This document shows, piece by piece, positions 1 through 9,401 of a stretch of 64,000 bases of DNA. Position 1 is the first letter of the stretch. Each line of letters opens with the position of its first letter. The notes below the pieces were generated by a model. It had not been told where the DNA came from, did not search any database, and saw only the letters and a list, made by a program, of their open reading frames with translations. The DNA is from Candidatus Woesearchaeota archaeon (lineage in GTDB: Archaea; Nanobdellota; Nanobdellia; Woesearchaeales; UBA9642): assembly GCA_003599145.1 (NCBI GenBank), contig QZIT01000005.1, positions 59,502-123,501 of the forward strand, read 5' to 3'. Both the position numbers and the translations under genes were made by a program.

Positions 1-80
1 ATTATTTTAATTATCGGCTTTGTATGGCTGGTTGCAAGGATATTTAAGTATTATATGTAAAGCAGTTAGCGACCGTAAAC

Positions 81-88
81 TTTATATG
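81..88 (+). promoter_or_regulatory. TATA box (tttatatg) for the K+ channel gene; spacing suggests a leaderless mRNA
   Basis: gtaaac-tttatatg lies 29 nt upstream of ATG 110. The same (A-rich)-TTTATA(A/T)A motif recurs at about -28 to -31 of many ATGs in this window. Confidence 0.5.
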
Positions 89-109
89 TATCATTCTCTA
101 AAATAAGCT

Positions 110-1006
110 ATGCTCTTTGATGAAAAGCTGCGCTTTACAGAACTGCAGCACCGCTTTGACGAAAAAATTGTCAATATCATAACAGGCATTTCTATTCTTT
201 ATGTTTTCTTGCTGATCGTGGAATTGTATATTACTCCATCAGCAAAGACTGCTTCCTGGCTCATTATTATCGATACGGCAATTTGTTTCATTTTCTTGAT
301 TGAATTTTTTTACTTTCTATTCAAAGCAAAGAACAAGGCAAAGTATGCAGGCCATAATTTTATTGATTTGCTTTCCTCCATGCCCTTGCTTTTGCTTATC
401 GCCGTAACTCCTTACGCGCATTTATTCAACATATTTAAGCTCCTCAGAGGATTTAAAAGCATAATCAAAATTTATGAATATGTCGTTAAAAAAAGCATGT
501 CTGTATTTGCAAAGCTCGTCTTCTTTTTTTTGATTGCCGTAATCTTCTTTGCCATAGTCATCGTTACCGTTGAAAGGGATTACAATCAAAAAATAGTGCA
601 GTTTCATGATGGTTTATGGCTTGCCTTAAGCACTATTTCCACTGTAGGCTATGGAGATGTTATTCCGATAACGCCTGTAGGAAAGTTGATTGCGTCTGTA
701 TTGATGATTGTGGGCATAGGATTAACCTCTGCCATTGGAGCCATGCTGATGAGCTGGGCATTAAAGCCAGGGCAAAAGCGCATGTATGAAGAGGAAGTAA
801 AAATAGAGCAGCAGGAAGCGTTCATAGAGAAGCAGGAAAAAACTATAGAGCATAATGAAAAAGAAATCAGTAACGCAACGCAGGATATTGCTGGCAAAGA
901 ATCGCTCATTCTTAAAAAACTTGACCGCATGGAAAAGGAAATACAAGATATAAAAAAGCCAAGAAAAAAGACCAAAAAAAATGTTCAGAAAAGAAAAAAG
1001 AGATAA
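110..1006 (+). CDS. Six-TM voltage-gated-type K+ channel with coiled-coil/Lys-rich C-terminal tail
   Basis: K+ selectivity filter TVGYGD (STISTVGYGDVIP). S4-like segment FKLLRGFKSIIKIY with basic residues every third position. Six hydrophobic segments. TATA-like box about 29 nt upstream of the ATG. Confidence 0.85.
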   Translation: MLFDEKLRFTELQHRFDEKIVNIITGISILYVFLLIVELYITPSAKTASWLIIIDTAICFIFLIEFFYFLFKAKNKAKYAGHNFIDLLSSMPLLLLIAVTPYAHLFNIFKLLRGFKSIIKIYEYVVKKSMSVFAKLVFFFLIAVIFFAIVIVTVERDYNQKIVQFHDGLWLALSTISTVGYGDVIPITPVGKLIASVLMIVGIGLTSAIGAMLMSWALKPGQKRMYEEEVKIEQQEAFIEKQEKTIEHNEKEISNATQDIAGKESLILKKLDRMEKEIQDIKKPRKKTKKNVQKRKKR

Positions 1007-1009
1007 TTA

Positions 1010-1636
1010 CTATGCCCTCAGCACTGCATAAATGCAAATCCAATCAGGCTTTTTAGGCTCTGTCGAAGTTCCTGTTAATAAACCGTCAGAAACTTTTTCT
1101 CTGTGAACAACTTTAAAGCCTGCACGATCAACAACACTGGCAAGTTCGTCCATAGTATAAAAGCTGAAAAATCGTTCTCCTGCCTGATCTCTAACAACGC
1201 CTTCAGTGTCGCCTTCTTTTACTGAAATGAACAACAAACCACTTTTTTTCAAAAGCCTCTTAAATTCAGCCAAAGCAAAAGGCACATCTTTTTTTTCAAG
1301 ATTCAGGAGAGATGCGCAGGCCCAAATTCCGTCATAGGAGTTTTTAAGGAAACGCATATCTCTCATGTCGCCTTCAAAAAACTTTACCTTAGAAAATTGC
1401 TTTCTGCATCGAAGAATAGTCTTATGGGAATAATCAACTCCCTCAACCTCAACTCCTTTCTTTAAAAAGGATGCAATATCCCTTCCCCCACCACAGCCTA
1501 CATCTAAAATTCTTTTTCCAGAAATTTTTTTTAAAAACCGCTCAATCTGCTTGCTCCAGTCATACGACAAGCTTTTTTGAATATGCCAATCAACGCCTTT
1601 GTCATAATTTTCTTTTGTTTTCTGATAATCTCTCAT
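1010..1636 (-). CDS. Class I SAM-dependent methyltransferase
   Basis: Motif I ILDVGCGGGRD, then an acidic residue after beta2 (VEGVDYS) and a D/E-G-I-W motif. Typical ~200-aa Methyltransf_11/25-like layout. Confidence 0.8.
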   Translation of the reverse strand: MRDYQKTKENYDKGVDWHIQKSLSYDWSKQIERFLKKISGKRILDVGCGGGRDIASFLKKGVEVEGVDYSHKTILRCRKQFSKVKFFEGDMRDMRFLKNSYDGIWACASLLNLEKKDVPFALAEFKRLLKKSGLLFISVKEGDTEGVVRDQAGERFFSFYTMDELASVVDRAGFKVVHREKVSDGLLTGTSTEPKKPDWICIYAVLRA

Positions 1637-1654
1637 GCTTTATCACCTAAAACA

Positions 1655-2629
1655 TCAACATAACCCATAGCTGATATTTCCAAAGATGCCATACATTCCC
1701 GAGTTTACGGTTTCATTATCCAATTTGAAAAATCCTGGCAGATTCTGGAATGTGCAGTATTTTGCCGTATCTATGCTTCCGTTAAAATAAATGTAATCGA
1801 TAATGCTGTTGTTTTCATAATAATAGGTTGTAAATCCTGGTTTTGACAAGTCTTCTGTATTGACAAAGCTTTCTATACCATACGTGCTGTTAGATAAGTT
1901 GCCTGAAAATCGCATAACAAAGCTAGGAGCCCTAGCTGAAGCCATATAATACGATTCATTGAACATGGCATATAAGCCAGATGTATCATTTTGGTCAGAG
2001 GAATCATTCACAAAAAAATCACCTGAAAACGGCTTGACCGTAACGACCAGTCCTGACTTGACAGAGTAAAGCGGATCCTTCAAATCGATAATAGGTATCT
2101 GAGTGATAATTCTTTTTTGCGTCTCCCACTTTGCCAGCCCTTTTCTATCCTGAACAAAAATATCAAAGTCCATGGTAACATTGACATTCCAAGGGTCATT
2201 ATGCTCCATGGCAACGTGAGTAAGATTTGCTGAAAAGTCAACATCAAACGTGTTAGAAATAGCATTCACCCTGTCCTGATAACTTGAAAACGAAGAGTTT
2301 TCCATGATATCTATAGAATTTCCGTCGATAGTTCCGTTCATAAAACACTCAATAAAGGTAGCTTCAGGATCTGTCAGAAAAGCATGGCTGTCTTGTGAAA
2401 TATGCTCTTCCATTGCGATAAATGTTCTGTACCCTGAAATATATGCTGCTCGTTCAGCATCTCCATAGAAATCTTTTAAGAAGTCGTTCATAGTAACCAT
2501 TCTTATTTCAATGGCAGACTGCTTGTCTTTGAGGTTATAGCTCGCGCCTGAAAAATGAATAATGCTCATAACTGCCAGAAAAACAATAGCCACAATAATA
2601 AAGGCTATGCCTTTTTTATTCATTGCCAT
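1655..2629 (-). CDS. Membrane-anchored extracellular protein; last gene of the pilin-like operon
   Basis: N-terminus MAMNKKG-IAFIIVAIVFLAVMS (basic stretch plus hydrophobic helix, class III-like). Many N-X-S/T sequons. Start overlaps the stop of the upstream 1277-aa gene (2620-2629). Confidence 0.6.
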   Translation of the reverse strand: MAMNKKGIAFIIVAIVFLAVMSIIHFSGASYNLKDKQSAIEIRMVTMNDFLKDFYGDAERAAYISGYRTFIAMEEHISQDSHAFLTDPEATFIECFMNGTIDGNSIDIMENSSFSSYQDRVNAISNTFDVDFSANLTHVAMEHNDPWNVNVTMDFDIFVQDRKGLAKWETQKRIITQIPIIDLKDPLYSVKSGLVVTVKPFSGDFFVNDSSDQNDTSGLYAMFNESYYMASARAPSFVMRFSGNLSNSTYGIESFVNTEDLSKPGFTTYYYENNSIIDYIYFNGSIDTAKYCTFQNLPGFFKLDNETVNSGMYGIFGNISYGLC

Positions 2630-5600
2630 ATGTTTGCCTCAATCAGTGAAGGCCCCCACTGGTAGGGCAGCCCGGAAACTAAGATCAATTTTATTTCAAG
2701 ATCTTCCTGTTCAAGATTCATCAAAATTCTTCCATCGCTGTCAAAATCAAGTTGTTGGAACAGCTTATAGACGGCAACATCATAGGTACTATCAGGGTCG
2801 TAGGTTATCGACGCATTGGTATAGCTGCAGGTTTTTGTTCCATTGTAGGCAAGAGGAATGATATATGTGTTGTTGACCATGTCTTCAGATTCAACCGTCC
2901 AGTTGCATCCTTCTTTGCTTGGCAACAGGTCAGTTCTTCCTGTTGAAGAGTTCACCAGCATGGTGTAAATCAGAGAGTTATTGGTTGAACAGTTCGTATT
3001 CGTAATCCAGTCATCTCCTGTCTTCAAAGAAATATTGTTCAACATCCCTGAAACAAACAAATCAGATGGTATCTGCACGAGAAAAGGATCTCCCAATCTC
3101 AAATAAGAAGCATTGTCATACAGAGAGAGATTGAAAACCTGTTGGCCATTAAAAGCGGCATAATCTGTCCAGTGTTCTCCAGAATAGGAAATAACTTTTG
3201 CATCGATAACGCGTATTCCCGAAGGGATATCTATCGATGCATTGCAGCTGCTAAACTTATCGCTTTCAGCAACAATAGATATTTCATTTTTATCAGGAGT
3301 TTCAATCAATGGTTTATAAGAGTATTCTATATAGGAATCAGGATACAGATTGGAAACATCAAAGCCACCTCCTGAAGTTACAATAATCTGCGATTTAACT
3401 GATCCAAACCCTGTAAGGATGGAATCTGCAATATCTTGATAGAGATCTGCCAATCCACTAATATTATTTGAAGTATAGAAATGAGATGAATTGTCGCAAG
3501 CGGCACTGAGATTCAATGCTTTGGTTCCATTCTCGCTTATGCCAAGTCCAAAAGCGACCGTGAATACGGAAATATTGTGATAATCATTCAAATAGCATGA
3601 AAGGTTCACTACCTGTTCAAGAGCCCTTTCATCTCCGTCTGCAGAGCCTCCTAAAGTAGGAAGGTTAGGACATTGCTGATTGAAGCTTCCTGATGCATTT
3701 GGACAGCAGGCTCTACCACCACAATTATCGCAACCGCTATCTGCAGCAGTCCAATCTGCAATGCATCTATTTGCGTCTCCATCGCTCATGATGACCATCG
3801 CTTTTTGCCTATCAGTCATGTTTGCCCTAAGCTCCAAATCAAAATAAGAGCGTACATTATCATTATTAAAAACTCTTGCTGCAAGTACATTCTCTCCTTC
3901 ATTCAGAAAATTCATATCCACAGAGATTCCGTTGACGTTCCAATAAGCTGCTGCATGAGGCCCTGGATCGCTGCTGATAAGGTTGCCATTAAGATACACT
4001 TCCGCGCCATCATCAGAATAAACATACAATCTCATATCAGAAAGTCTTGATTTTCCTTGAATGTTAAACGTATTTCTGTAGGTTATATTTCCTGTTTTGT
4101 TGATGAAGACAACTTGAACATTATCAAAGTTAAATCTGCCATCTTCATCATTCTCATTGCGAAGAATTTTTCCGCCAAAATCAAGATAGTGCATGCCTGA
4201 CTGTGAAAAATAACCCGTAACATCTGTTGAAAAGGTAGATGCATAGTCTCCGTCAGGGTCATTATCAGTATACACTTCAAGATCTGCATCTGCGCCTTGA
4301 TGGCCTGCATCTAAGTTGCTTCCTAAATAATAAGAGCCTGATGCGTTAGTTATCCTTGCCTTTATCCACACTTGATCCGCTGTCTGGAAAGTACCCCTAT
4401 CGTCCCAGCGATAATCAAAAGAAACAACTGCCCTGCCTCCTGTTGCTAAGGTATCAATCATCTCCTGCGTTACATTAAACTCTATGCCATAGGCTCCAGC
4501 AGATGTTTGCAAGCTGCTTGTTCCATCAATAGTTATGCGCAGTTCATAATCTCCAAAGCCCATATTAACAAGGTTGTTTATAGTTACTAAACTGCTATTG
4601 CCTCCATAGATGTTTCCTGCCAAGGTATCCCATCCGTCATCTCCAGCACCCAGACCAAAAGTGTTTGCTGTTGTATTTAAAACACCTGAATTAAAATCCG
4701 CAGGCGTATCCGGATTATCATCATATCTTTGCCAAAGATTTGCAGCAACGCTAAACGACCCTGTGGTTGTAGATTCCAAACCACCAAACCCGGAAATAGT
4801 GTAGCCTTGCGACCAGTTGGCATCATCAAAGCCAAGATCGTTCCATCCTGAAGGAGGATCCAAAAATTGGTAATCTGTAGAATATTTCCATAAATCAGTG
4901 TGCAGTTGTGCCGGAGGAGGCGCTATGAGAAGATTATATGAATCAGCTATGCCACAAGAAATACACGTAGCAGAAAGAGGATTATAGGTATCAATCTCTG
5001 TCGTTAAAAACTGCTCGGTGTTGGTAAGACTTAAAACGCTATCAGTAGTCGAGGTATAAGAAACTAAACCTATTCTATTAAGAGTCGTATTCTCTAGAAT
5101 GCTATCGACAAAAATTTTGTCAAGACATTTTGCAACACTCAGCCTTTGCGTCGATACGTTATACAGATCAGGAGAATCACATGCCCGCACCGTACCTGCA
5201 TTAGTATTATCAAACCTCCAATCCATACTTCCGCTGACATCTGTCGTTAAAGCAATATCTCCAAAGCCTTCTCCACCTGTCAATATCTGTTTAAAGGTGA
5301 CGTTTTCAAACCCTGCGCGTACAGGAACCGTTGACTTGTTAAATTTAGAATATTCAGAAAGCAGCGCTGAATAGTTTGATTCGTTCAAAGCAACGGTCAT
5401 GACAACCGTCGAGCTATTGTCTCTATAGACTGTAGTGTTGCCGATAGTCAAATAAAACGTGTTATTGCTAAGGGTATGATTTGCAAGATAATGAAGGTAA
5501 ATGCTGATGTTCTGCACTTCTCCAGGGACATAAAAAGAATCGTACAAATTGACAATGCCTAAGATGCCGGGAAAATAATAGCGGGATTTGTTTTCCCCAT

Positions 5601-6453
5601 AATCCAATTCTTGAAATTCATCAGTCTGATAGCTTACCTTTACATAACCACCGCCAATATATCCTGTATTGACATTGTCAAACAGGAAAGTGAAGTTGTT
5701 GTTTCCACTTATCAAAGAACTATTGCAGTCTGCAGTAATATCCCAATAATCAGAGGTCATATTTGCAGTCACAGGGACAAAGTAAGTTCCTCCAGTTGCA
5801 TTATTGCATACGTCGCCATTTATCTTTAACTGAAATGAGGATTCAACATCCAGTTCAAGAGCCAATTTTGTAACCTGGCTGATAGGCGGAATAAACAAAT
5901 TTCCAGTAATGTTTCCCTGTCCTACAAACCCTCCAAAATACAAATACACAGACGAGGGTTTATCTCTAATCCGTTTCAGAAACGCATCTGAAGAAGAGCC
6001 TACAATGGGCTTTCCAAGTTCTATGCCTGAAATCATCCTTCTTGAGTTTATTTTTTCTTTAAAGTCTGTTTTTGGTTTGTAGAAAATCGTATCTCCTCCC
6101 ATAGACAGGTTAAAGCCGTATCTATCAGGCACGACGTCTTTTAAAACTGAATCTGCAAGCTGCTTTGCCTTATCTAGTTTATACGTTGCCCAATATTCTC
6201 CTATCTGTGAAATGATAGTGTTATTGAAATTCGTAATATTGCCATTGCCAATTTCTGACTGGACAAAGGCATTGCTATCTTTTATCTCATAAATTCTCAG
6301 GACTGAAAGCGACTGCAAAACATCTCTCGCAATAAAATCGATGTTTTCACTTCCGCTTTTTTGAACGCTCAGATTGGAGATGAGAAAAAATCCTCCCACT
6401 AACAACACAGAAGCCAAAAAAGCGTCAAGCGTGAAGATAAATGCCTTTTTCAT
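2620..6453 (-). CDS. Giant (1277 aa) pilin-like-anchored vWA-domain surface protein / putative adhesin
   Basis: N-terminus MKKAFIFTLDAFLASVLLVGG (short basic, then hydrophobic). MIDAS DxSxS = DVSGS at nt 5227-5241, followed by RIGLVSYTS, TCISCGI and, far downstream, AMVIMSDGDAN (vWA strands). Beta-sandwich lectin-like signatures lie between them. Very high N-X-S/T density. Confidence 0.8.
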   Translation of the reverse strand: MKKAFIFTLDAFLASVLLVGGFFLISNLSVQKSGSENIDFIARDVLQSLSVLRIYEIKDSNAFVQSEIGNGNITNFNNTIISQIGEYWATYKLDKAKQLADSVLKDVVPDRYGFNLSMGGDTIFYKPKTDFKEKINSRRMISGIELGKPIVGSSSDAFLKRIRDKPSSVYLYFGGFVGQGNITGNLFIPPISQVTKLALELDVESSFQLKINGDVCNNATGGTYFVPVTANMTSDYWDITADCNSSLISGNNNFTFLFDNVNTGYIGGGYVKVSYQTDEFQELDYGENKSRYYFPGILGIVNLYDSFYVPGEVQNISIYLHYLANHTLSNNTFYLTIGNTTVYRDNSSTVVMTVALNESNYSALLSEYSKFNKSTVPVRAGFENVTFKQILTGGEGFGDIALTTDVSGSMDWRFDNTNAGTVRACDSPDLYNVSTQRLSVAKCLDKIFVDSILENTTLNRIGLVSYTSTTDSVLSLTNTEQFLTTEIDTYNPLSATCISCGIADSYNLLIAPPPAQLHTDLWKYSTDYQFLDPPSGWNDLGFDDANWSQGYTISGFGGLESTTTGSFSVAANLWQRYDDNPDTPADFNSGVLNTTANTFGLGAGDDGWDTLAGNIYGGNSSLVTINNLVNMGFGDYELRITIDGTSSLQTSAGAYGIEFNVTQEMIDTLATGGRAVVSFDYRWDDRGTFQTADQVWIKARITNASGSYYLGSNLDAGHQGADADLEVYTDNDPDGDYASTFSTDVTGYFSQSGMHYLDFGGKILRNENDEDGRFNFDNVQVVFINKTGNITYRNTFNIQGKSRLSDMRLYVYSDDGAEVYLNGNLISSDPGPHAAAYWNVNGISVDMNFLNEGENVLAARVFNNDNVRSYFDLELRANMTDRQKAMVIMSDGDANRCIADWTAADSGCDNCGGRACCPNASGSFNQQCPNLPTLGGSADGDERALEQVVNLSCYLNDYHNISVFTVAFGLGISENGTKALNLSAACDNSSHFYTSNNISGLADLYQDIADSILTGFGSVKSQIIVTSGGGFDVSNLYPDSYIEYSYKPLIETPDKNEISIVAESDKFSSCNASIDIPSGIRVIDAKVISYSGEHWTDYAAFNGQQVFNLSLYDNASYLRLGDPFLVQIPSDLFVSGMLNNISLKTGDDWITNTNCSTNNSLIYTMLVNSSTGRTDLLPSKEGCNWTVESEDMVNNTYIIPLAYNGTKTCSYTNASITYDPDSTYDVAVYKLFQQLDFDSDGRILMNLEQEDLEIKLILVSGLPYQWGPSLIEANIWQ

Positions 6454-7577
6454 GTTTGCCTCCAGGCTAGGATAACCATGCGAATCAATCTTGCATCATA
6501 GGGCATTATTCTCGTTATGCTGACGAGATTTTTATAATGCAGAGAACTTACGTTCACTGCGCCGCAGGTTGTTGAAATTCTTGGACCTAGCGATTCGCTA
6601 ATCCACGAAGTGATATTCATATTGCCATTGAAAGGAGCGGTAAGCACAAGATCGCTTAAATAAAAAACTTCTCCGTTGCCGTACTCCCATCGTGCCATGG
6701 CGCTTTTGCCGTCGCTGTAATTTCCTATGAGGACATAGTCATCAGCGTTGATATTCTGAACCGTATCGAGCTGGGCGAAATACAATGCCTCTCCTAGAGT
6801 AAAGTTAAAATAAACATTATTGGTAATATTCACAGGATTGACTCCAGAAGGCAATCCTGACGAGAAGTTAACATTAAATGATTCATTGATGCCTGCTTGC
6901 TGGGTTATAAAAAGAGTATTTCCTTGAGCAACCCAGTTTTCCAGAAGAGTAACCGCTTCTGCCTCTGTATGCAGAGAAACAGATTCTGACAGGTGAGGGT
7001 TCTCCAGAAAAACAAGATGATAATTCTGCAAGGAATCCAAGAGTGCATCAAAATCGCCTATCGTTGTTATTCCTGCAATAGATTCCCCTGATTTTGCATA
7101 CATTGTTGCAGCATACCCCTCCATAGGATACGCCATGAACCCTTCGCTTGCATCAAAAAAATAATATGCCGCTTTATTTTCCGCAGGAAGCAAGGTCACA
7201 TCAGAATGCCCATAACCGCATAACCCTGAAATATTCAATGCTTGCCCGTATTCATTTTCGAAGTATATATAATATTCTGCAACCGTATTAAGATGCTGCT
7301 TTGTTTTTCCATAAGACATCACACTCAAGTTAAGATATTTGCTTACCTGAAATTTATTTTCTTTCAGTAAGCCTATTTTAACAACCGTATCATTGGTCCA
7401 ATTTATAGGATATCCCTCATCCATAAAAGACTCTGAAAGATACTTTGCCTCATCATATACTTCCTGAAAGGTATTTGGCTGAGTCGTATTTGCCAGTAAT
7501 TTAAACGAAAGTATTCCTGCAAGTAAAAAAATCAAAAGCCCTAATGAAAAGTCAACAGACCACGATTGCGCTTTCAT
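6450..7577 (-). CDS. Pilin-like-anchored extracellular protein (375 aa)
   Basis: N-terminus MKAQSWSVDFSLGLLIFLLAGIL resembles class III signal peptides. 4-nt overlaps with both neighbouring genes. Confidence 0.6.
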   Translation of the reverse strand: MKAQSWSVDFSLGLLIFLLAGILSFKLLANTTQPNTFQEVYDEAKYLSESFMDEGYPINWTNDTVVKIGLLKENKFQVSKYLNLSVMSYGKTKQHLNTVAEYYIYFENEYGQALNISGLCGYGHSDVTLLPAENKAAYYFFDASEGFMAYPMEGYAATMYAKSGESIAGITTIGDFDALLDSLQNYHLVFLENPHLSESVSLHTEAEAVTLLENWVAQGNTLFITQQAGINESFNVNFSSGLPSGVNPVNITNNVYFNFTLGEALYFAQLDTVQNINADDYVLIGNYSDGKSAMARWEYGNGEVFYLSDLVLTAPFNGNMNITSWISESLGPRISTTCGAVNVSSLHYKNLVSITRIMPYDARLIRMVILAWRQT

Positions 7578-7960
7578 TGCAAAATAATCCTCGATTGGTT
7601 TTTCACAAGCATATTGTTTCCTATGGATAAATTGCCTTCAATAAGGGGAATGGCAAAATTGATTCTTCTGTTTTGGGAGTAATCAATCCAAAAAGAAGTG
7701 TTCGTGTTGCCGAGAACAAAAGCGTAGCGGTCAACGCTAGTAGGGATAGTAAAATTTCTTTGGTATCCGCTTTCTGCTCTCGCAGCAAAAATAATTTCTG
7801 ATTGGATAGTTTGCCCTAAGTCTCTCATAGCCAAAAACTCCTGGTTTCTTGTGGTATCATTAAGTAGCTGGTTTGCCACCAATAAGAAAATGGCAGCAAA
7901 AATCATGCCAATGCCTAGCATGACGATAAACTCCAGTGAAAGCTGATTTTTTTTAGTCAT
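7574..7960 (-). CDS. Archaeal type IV pilin-like protein (DUF361-type class III signal peptide)
   Basis: MTKKNQLSLEFIVMLGIGMIFAAIFLL: a basic residue, then Q-x-S-x-E-F and a hydrophobic helix, as in EppA/PibD substrates. Small size (128 aa). Confidence 0.7.
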   Translation of the reverse strand: MTKKNQLSLEFIVMLGIGMIFAAIFLLVANQLLNDTTRNQEFLAMRDLGQTIQSEIIFAARAESGYQRNFTIPTSVDRYAFVLGNTNTSFWIDYSQNRRINFAIPLIEGNLSIGNNMLVKNQSRIILQ

Positions 7961-8366
7961 GGACGCTTACATTAAACTCATTTGCGGTTATCGTGATAAC
8001 ATGAATGCCCTCATACGTCTTCAGAGAAACATCGATAGGCGCAGAAGGCCAGCGTGGAACATCATAGTCCCCAAAAGCAGATTCCATGACAAACCAAAAA
8101 GAAGTGTTCGTTGACATGACGGCATTAATGCCCTGGGGAAAATAAAGAGTGACGGTTTTGGTTGAAGGCGGCCCAAGATAGTACACGGCGTTAATTGCTG
8201 CATTGATTTCATCGGCAACTCTGATGATTTGGGCATCGCTGATGCCTTGGTTCATATCCCTTGACTGCGTATTGAAAATTAAAAGCAGGGGAATGGTCAA
8301 AAGAAAAGCAAATCCTACAATTAAAATATACTCTACGCTAACTTGTGCATATTTCCCTCTACCCAT
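7953..8366 (-). CDS. Archaeal type IV pilin-like protein (DUF361-type class III signal peptide)
   Basis: MGRGKYAQVSVEYILIVGFAFLLTIPLLLIF: the Q-V-S-x-E-Y motif followed by a hydrophobic helix. First gene of the overlapping five-gene operon. Confidence 0.7.
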   Translation of the reverse strand: MGRGKYAQVSVEYILIVGFAFLLTIPLLLIFNTQSRDMNQGISDAQIIRVADEINAAINAVYYLGPPSTKTVTLYFPQGINAVMSTNTSFWFVMESAFGDYDVPRWPSAPIDVSLKTYEGIHVITITANEFNVSVHD

Positions 8367-8448
8367 GCACCCATTTAAAAGGTTAATCTATATAAATTTG
8401 TTGTAACTATGTATGAGAGAGAACGAAAAAATAGCTTAGTCTCGATAC

Positions 8449-9213
8449 TTAGCCTATATAATTTACTTCCTGCTGGAACTTTGGCTGGAATTTGCTGGGT
8501 TTGGCTTTTTTAGGAACGCCTTTCATCTGGCTGTCCATCATCTTTATTTCCTCATCGAGTTCTTTAAAAGAAAGGTTGAATTTAAATTTGCTGTCCAGTC
8601 TTGTTAATATTTCCCTTGCGCCTTTTAAGCCTAAATACACAGGATGTCCGAAGGTTTCTGCCAACAAGCTCACTGCGGGAATGTTTTTCTTCTTTGCTAT
8701 GCCCAATAACAATCCAGATATGCCCATAATAGGCCCTACAACGCCATAGATTTTAGTTTCAAGGTTTAATTTTTTAAACTCATCGATTAACGATTTTGAG
8801 TTGCCTGTTATATAGACTAAAGGTTTTTGAGGTATATCATTCAAGCCAATACCCCCAAGGGTAACAATGTACTTGCATTTATATTTCTGAAGGATGGCAA
8901 TCACCTCATCGCAGAATTCATAGGAAGCCTCTTCGCTTACCGGTTGCACGTCTCCTGTCAAGAATAAAAAGTCTGTATTGTTTATTTTTTTATGATACAG
9001 TTCTATTTTAGGTAAGTCTATTAAATTATCCTGGGTAACAAAAACAGAATTCGGCATGCCGTAGGAAAAAAATTCCATTATTTTGACTGCTTTGGTTTTT
9101 TCAACCAGCAAGTCCATGACGATTTTGCCCACGTTGCCTATTCCTGGAAGGCCTTCAATCAAAATAGGATCCTTTAAAGGAGGAATTTTTAGCGTCTTGA
9201 TTTCCCAAGTCAT
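8449..9213 (-). CDS. PAC2-family proteasome assembly chaperone-like protein
   Basis: N-terminal PILIEGLPGIGNVGKIV motif typical of archaeal PAC2/COG1938 proteins. Located downstream of aIF2alpha-Nop10 as in many archaea. Confidence 0.7.
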   Translation of the reverse strand: MTWEIKTLKIPPLKDPILIEGLPGIGNVGKIVMDLLVEKTKAVKIMEFFSYGMPNSVFVTQDNLIDLPKIELYHKKINNTDFLFLTGDVQPVSEEASYEFCDEVIAILQKYKCKYIVTLGGIGLNDIPQKPLVYITGNSKSLIDEFKKLNLETKIYGVVGPIMGISGLLLGIAKKKNIPAVSLLAETFGHPVYLGLKGAREILTRLDSKFKFNLSFKELDEEIKMMDSQMKGVPKKAKPSKFQPKFQQEVNYIG

Positions 9214-9251
9214 AGTAGAGAAAAATGCTGGAGGTATATAAATGCTTGGTT

Positions 9252-9401
9252 TTAACCGTACTTTATTTTTCTTCTATATTCCCCATATTTATCTTCAGGA
9301 CTGTATTTTGGAGGTGTAGGAGAAACTCTTTTTCCGCCGCAAGAACAAGGCTCTGTTAAACCGTAGCTTTTGCACTGTCCGCATTTGAGTATTTTACTCA
9401 T
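9252..9401 (-). CDS. nop10: H/ACA RNP protein Nop10 (49 aa; below the ORF-track size cutoff)
   Basis: Manual translation: MSKILKCGQCKSYGLTEPCSCGGKRVSPTPPKYSPEDKYGEYRRKIKYG. It has the Zn ribbon CxxC...CxC and the P-P-K-Y-S-P-E-D-x-Y-G-E-Y-R-R signature. Its ATG overlaps the aIF2alpha stop (ATGA). Confidence 0.9.
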   Translation of the reverse strand: MSKILKCGQCKSYGLTEPCSCGGKRVSPTPPKYSPEDKYGEYRRKIKYG

